A stretch of 64,000 nt of DNA from an uncultured virus (IMG/VR IMGVR_UViG_3300033463_000052) (lineage: Duplodnaviria > Heunggongvirae > Uroviricota > Caudoviricetes). Numbering within the stretch: the stretch's first letter is position 1; each line of letters begins with the position of its first letter. Under the pieces are notes generated by a model, which had not been told where the DNA came from, ran no database searches, and saw only the letters and a list, made by a program, of their open reading frames with translations. Of this stretch, positions 61,206 through 64,000 are shown in pieces. The DNA is taken from the IMG/VR virus record IMGVR_UViG_3300033463_000052, one strand, 5' to 3'. The position numbers and the translations under genes are program-made.

Positions 61206-61706
61206 ATGGCTAATAATCATGGATTTATTATTGGTACTCATTGCGCTTTCTGGGATGTTGATAGTTTAAATTTAGTTGGCATTGATGCCTCACATGATAT
61301 TGACAATGGCACTTTTGTTGCCCTTGGTGATATACTTAACACTACTGGCGTTATTGACGAATATGTGTTTGCGGTTTCTGCCGCAAGTGCGAGTGATTAT
61401 GTGGTTGCTACTCCCCCTGTGGGATATGACTTAGAGATGCAACTCTTTGAAGACCCCCGTTATTTCTACAACAAACAGGGTCAACCTATGAGCGTTAAAC
61501 ATCTTCAAGTTGGTGATTGCATTGAAGTTGATGAAAACTGCTTCTCTACTGCTCCTACTACTGGCACTTCTACATACGCCGCTGTGACTTCTGGCAAACT
61601 TGTTGCTGGCACAACTGCTACCGACCCATTTAAAATCCTTGGCGAACATTCTGTCGATATTGGTGGAACTCCTGTTAAGACTTGGGTACTGATGAAGGTT
61701 AAGTAA
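61206..61706 (+). CDS. capsid decoration / stabilising protein (putative)
   Basis: IDNGTFV.LG motif; directly upstream of MCP. Confidence 0.6.
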   Translation: MANNHGFIIGTHCAFWDVDSLNLVGIDASHDIDNGTFVALGDILNTTGVIDEYVFAVSAASASDYVVATPPVGYDLEMQLFEDPRYFYNKQGQPMSVKHLQVGDCIEVDENCFSTAPTTGTSTYAAVTSGKLVAGTTATDPFKILGEHSVDIGGTPVKTWVLMKVK

Positions 61707-61762
61707 TTCAATTATATAAAAAGTTGAATTATAAATAATAAAAGAAAAGGAGAATTTTAAAT

Positions 61763-62854
61763 ATGAATCTTTCTAATGAAATTATTGCTTTTGCTAATGG
61801 CAATACTGATTTTTATGTTGCGTTTGCCGATTATCATAATCATAAAGCCGCTGAAGAATGGGGTAAAGTTTTTGGGTCTTATGACAAGAATGTTTCCCTT
61901 TCTGAAAAGGCTGAAAAAGTGAAGAACGCTTTCTTTGCTGAAGTGGAGCGTCTTTCAAATTGCCCTCGTACAGAAAATAATAGTGATGCTTGGATGGCGA
62001 ATCCTGTTGTTCGTTGGGCTTATTTCGCCATTATAAATGCGGCTGTTAATGTGGTTCTTCCTGCTTATGTGTCTGCCACATTTGCCCCATTTGTGGATTT
62101 TCGCACTATCGGTTATGCTGATGTTGTGAATCTTAAAATCCCTCCCAAAACCCTGTATACTGTTTCTCGTGGTGCTCGTGGTGAGCGTACTTCTTTCCGT
62201 CAGAAGAAATATGCTGGTAACATTCAAGTTGCTCCTATTGAGCATATTGTGACCACTTATGTGGACATGGCTCGTGTTTTAGCTGGTAAAGACGATTTAG
62301 CCGAAGCTGTTCGTGCTATTGTTATTTCCATTGAATTAGATATGAACGCTGAAATCATCGGCGCTCTTACTGCTGGTTTAGGTTCATTATCTTATCCTTC
62401 ACAGTTTGTTGAAAGTGGTGCTTTTGATGCTAAGAAATTAGTGCAACTTGCCCAGCGTGTGCAAGCCTATAATGGCATGGCGAAACCTATTATTATGGGT
62501 ACTGCTTCTGCCCTTATGAATGTTCTTCCAGATTCTACACAGGGTTATCGTATGGTGGTTGATGGCAAAGAGGGAACTGTTTCTTACATTAAGAACTTCT
62601 ATGGCTTTGACCTCTTTGAACTTCCACAAGCCCCTACTGGCGTGAATTATGGCATGGCTTTAAGCGACAATATTCTTTATGTTATTAGTCCTGCTGTTGC
62701 CAAGGCTATTGTTGGTGTTATGTCTACTACATTAACTAATAGCAATGAATTTTATGATAATGCTGACATTTCCCAGAACTTTACTATGCGTAAAGGCTAC
62801 AACTTCCAGTTTGTTGGAGCGGCTTGGGCTGGTCAGTATACTGTTTCTGAATAA
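61763..62854 (+). CDS. major capsid protein (putative)
   Basis: 363 aa, strong SD, biased codons, followed by terminator; synteny. Confidence 0.75.
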   Translation: MNLSNEIIAFANGNTDFYVAFADYHNHKAAEEWGKVFGSYDKNVSLSEKAEKVKNAFFAEVERLSNCPRTENNSDAWMANPVVRWAYFAIINAAVNVVLPAYVSATFAPFVDFRTIGYADVVNLKIPPKTLYTVSRGARGERTSFRQKKYAGNIQVAPIEHIVTTYVDMARVLAGKDDLAEAVRAIVISIELDMNAEIIGALTAGLGSLSYPSQFVESGAFDAKKLVQLAQRVQAYNGMAKPIIMGTASALMNVLPDSTQGYRMVVDGKEGTVSYIKNFYGFDLFELPQAPTGVNYGMALSDNILYVISPAVAKAIVGVMSTTLTNSNEFYDNADISQNFTMRKGYNFQFVGAAWAGQYTVSE

Positions 62855-62865
62855 TTTATAATTAT

Positions 62866-62892
62866 TAGGGGGGCTATTTATTTAGCCCCCAA
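62866..62892 (+). terminator. intrinsic terminator after MCP
   Basis: gggggcta/tagccccc hairpin plus T run. Confidence 0.7.
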
Positions 62893-62927
62893 TTTTAAAA
62901 ATAGAAAATAAGGAGAAAAAGGATAAA

Positions 62928-63584
62928 ATGGGTATTGAAAAAAATAAAGAAGTAGAAACAACTGAAAAACAAGTTAAATCTAAAACACCAAAAGTCGATA
63001 AAGAAAAAGAAGAATTAAAAAATATAATTGAGAAACAAGAACAAAGAATTAAAGAGCAAGATAATCAGTTGTTAGAAATTAAACAACAATTAGATTTACT
63101 TTTAAAAGGTTCTTTAATAAATTCATATAAAGAAGATAAGAAAACAAAAAGAACCATTAAATTTGTTAATATGACTTCTGGTGGGTTTACTATTCGTGGA
63201 AATCGTCTTTATCATTTAGATAAGCAATTTGATTCAATTTCTTTTTCTGAAAGTGAAGCTAAGACGATTATTGCTAATATGCCACAGTCGATTGCGAATG
63301 GATTTTTATATATAGCAGATAAAGATTTTGTGGAAGAATGTGAACTTGATGGGGTATATGAAACCCTTATTGATGAAAAGACATTAAGGAATTTATTAAA
63401 TAACGATTCTTCAGAAGTTTGTAATATATATAAAAATGCTTCAGATGAACAAAAGAAAATCATTGTTGATATGATAATTAATAAAAAGATAAATAAAGAA
63501 CCAGTTGATGCCAATATTTTAGTTGAACTCGGTAATTTATGTGGACAAAAACTTATAGATATTGAACCTCTTGATGAGGAGTGA
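62928..63584 (+). CDS. hypothetical protein of head module
   Basis: 218 aa with coiled-coil N-terminus. Confidence 0.65.
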   Translation: MGIEKNKEVETTEKQVKSKTPKVDKEKEELKNIIEKQEQRIKEQDNQLLEIKQQLDLLLKGSLINSYKEDKKTKRTIKFVNMTSGGFTIRGNRLYHLDKQFDSISFSESEAKTIIANMPQSIANGFLYIADKDFVEECELDGVYETLIDEKTLRNLLNNDSSEVCNIYKNASDEQKKIIVDMIINKKINKEPVDANILVELGNLCGQKLIDIEPLDEE

Positions 63585-63588
63585 TAGA

Positions 63589-64000
63589 ATGACTTCATTC
63601 GATGATATTATTGATTTAGCTTTAATAACTGTCAATGATTATCGTTTAACGAAATTATTTAATAAAGATGAAAATTCTTTTAGAACATATTGTGATGGGT
63701 TTTTAATTTCTGCTATACCAGATTTCCCAGAGTGTAGGCAATCTTTAGATTATAATTTAGAACAAAGGAAATTTAGTTCTGATTTAACTTCAATAGAAAA
63801 ATCTATTCTTGCAAATTTGTGGATAATTAAATGGTATTTAAGAGATAATCAAACATATGCTTTGTATAGGCAACATTTACAAGCCGCAAGTTCTTTTAAG
63901 AATCATAGTGAATCACAAAATCTTAAAGAAAATTCAGCTTATTTAGATAAGCTTAGAGAAGAATTAGATAGGCAAAAAGTTTCGTATCAATTAAGTGCTT
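63589..64000 (+). CDS. putative head-tail connector, truncated by window edge
   Basis: Manual translation MTSFDDIIDLALITVNDYRL..., open to end. Confidence 0.55.
   Translation, partial: MTSFDDIIDLALITVNDYRLTKLFNKDENSFRTYCDGFLISAIPDFPECRQSLDYNLEQRKFSSDLTSIEKSILANLWIIKWYLRDNQTYALYRQHLQAASSFKNHSESQNLKENSAYLDKLREELDRQKVSYQLSA

Overview
64 kb of a large, very AT-rich tailed dsDNA phage of Firmicutes (probably Clostridia), with an SPbeta-like layout. 1-21.7 kb (minus strand): replication, recombination and repair genes (SSB-like, Sak4-like ATPase, DUF932, DnaE with an HNH-containing intein, DenV-like glycosylase, tyrosine recombinase), ten tRNA genes (nine with U34, including a rare Ile-UAU) interleaved with many unannotated stem-closed RNA elements, an NCS2 purine permease and a radical SAM / ETNSS-motif gene pair. 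21.7-37 kb: an early or host-takeover-like region of small genes with consensus sigmaA promoters, separated by spacers rich in a 16-bp palindrome (TCATTTTnnAAAATGA), plus large repeat-rich non-coding blocks that may mark an origin or genome end. 43-64 kb (plus strand): a YonO-like single-subunit RNA polymerase, holin, endolysin, a GC-rich mosaic fibre module, a terminase split by a group I intron carrying a GIY-YIG gene, portal, protease/scaffold and capsid genes. Strongest novelty candidates: (1) a covarying 5' leader RNA shared by all four stand-alone homing endonuclease genes, whose 7-nt loop pairs with the ribosome-binding region; (2) the ncRNA array within the tRNA operon, including a kissing-loop/pseudoknot RNA; (3) the palindrome-coated early region; (4) the radical SAM-ETNSS pair. 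All family calls come from motif recognition by eye, with no database searches.
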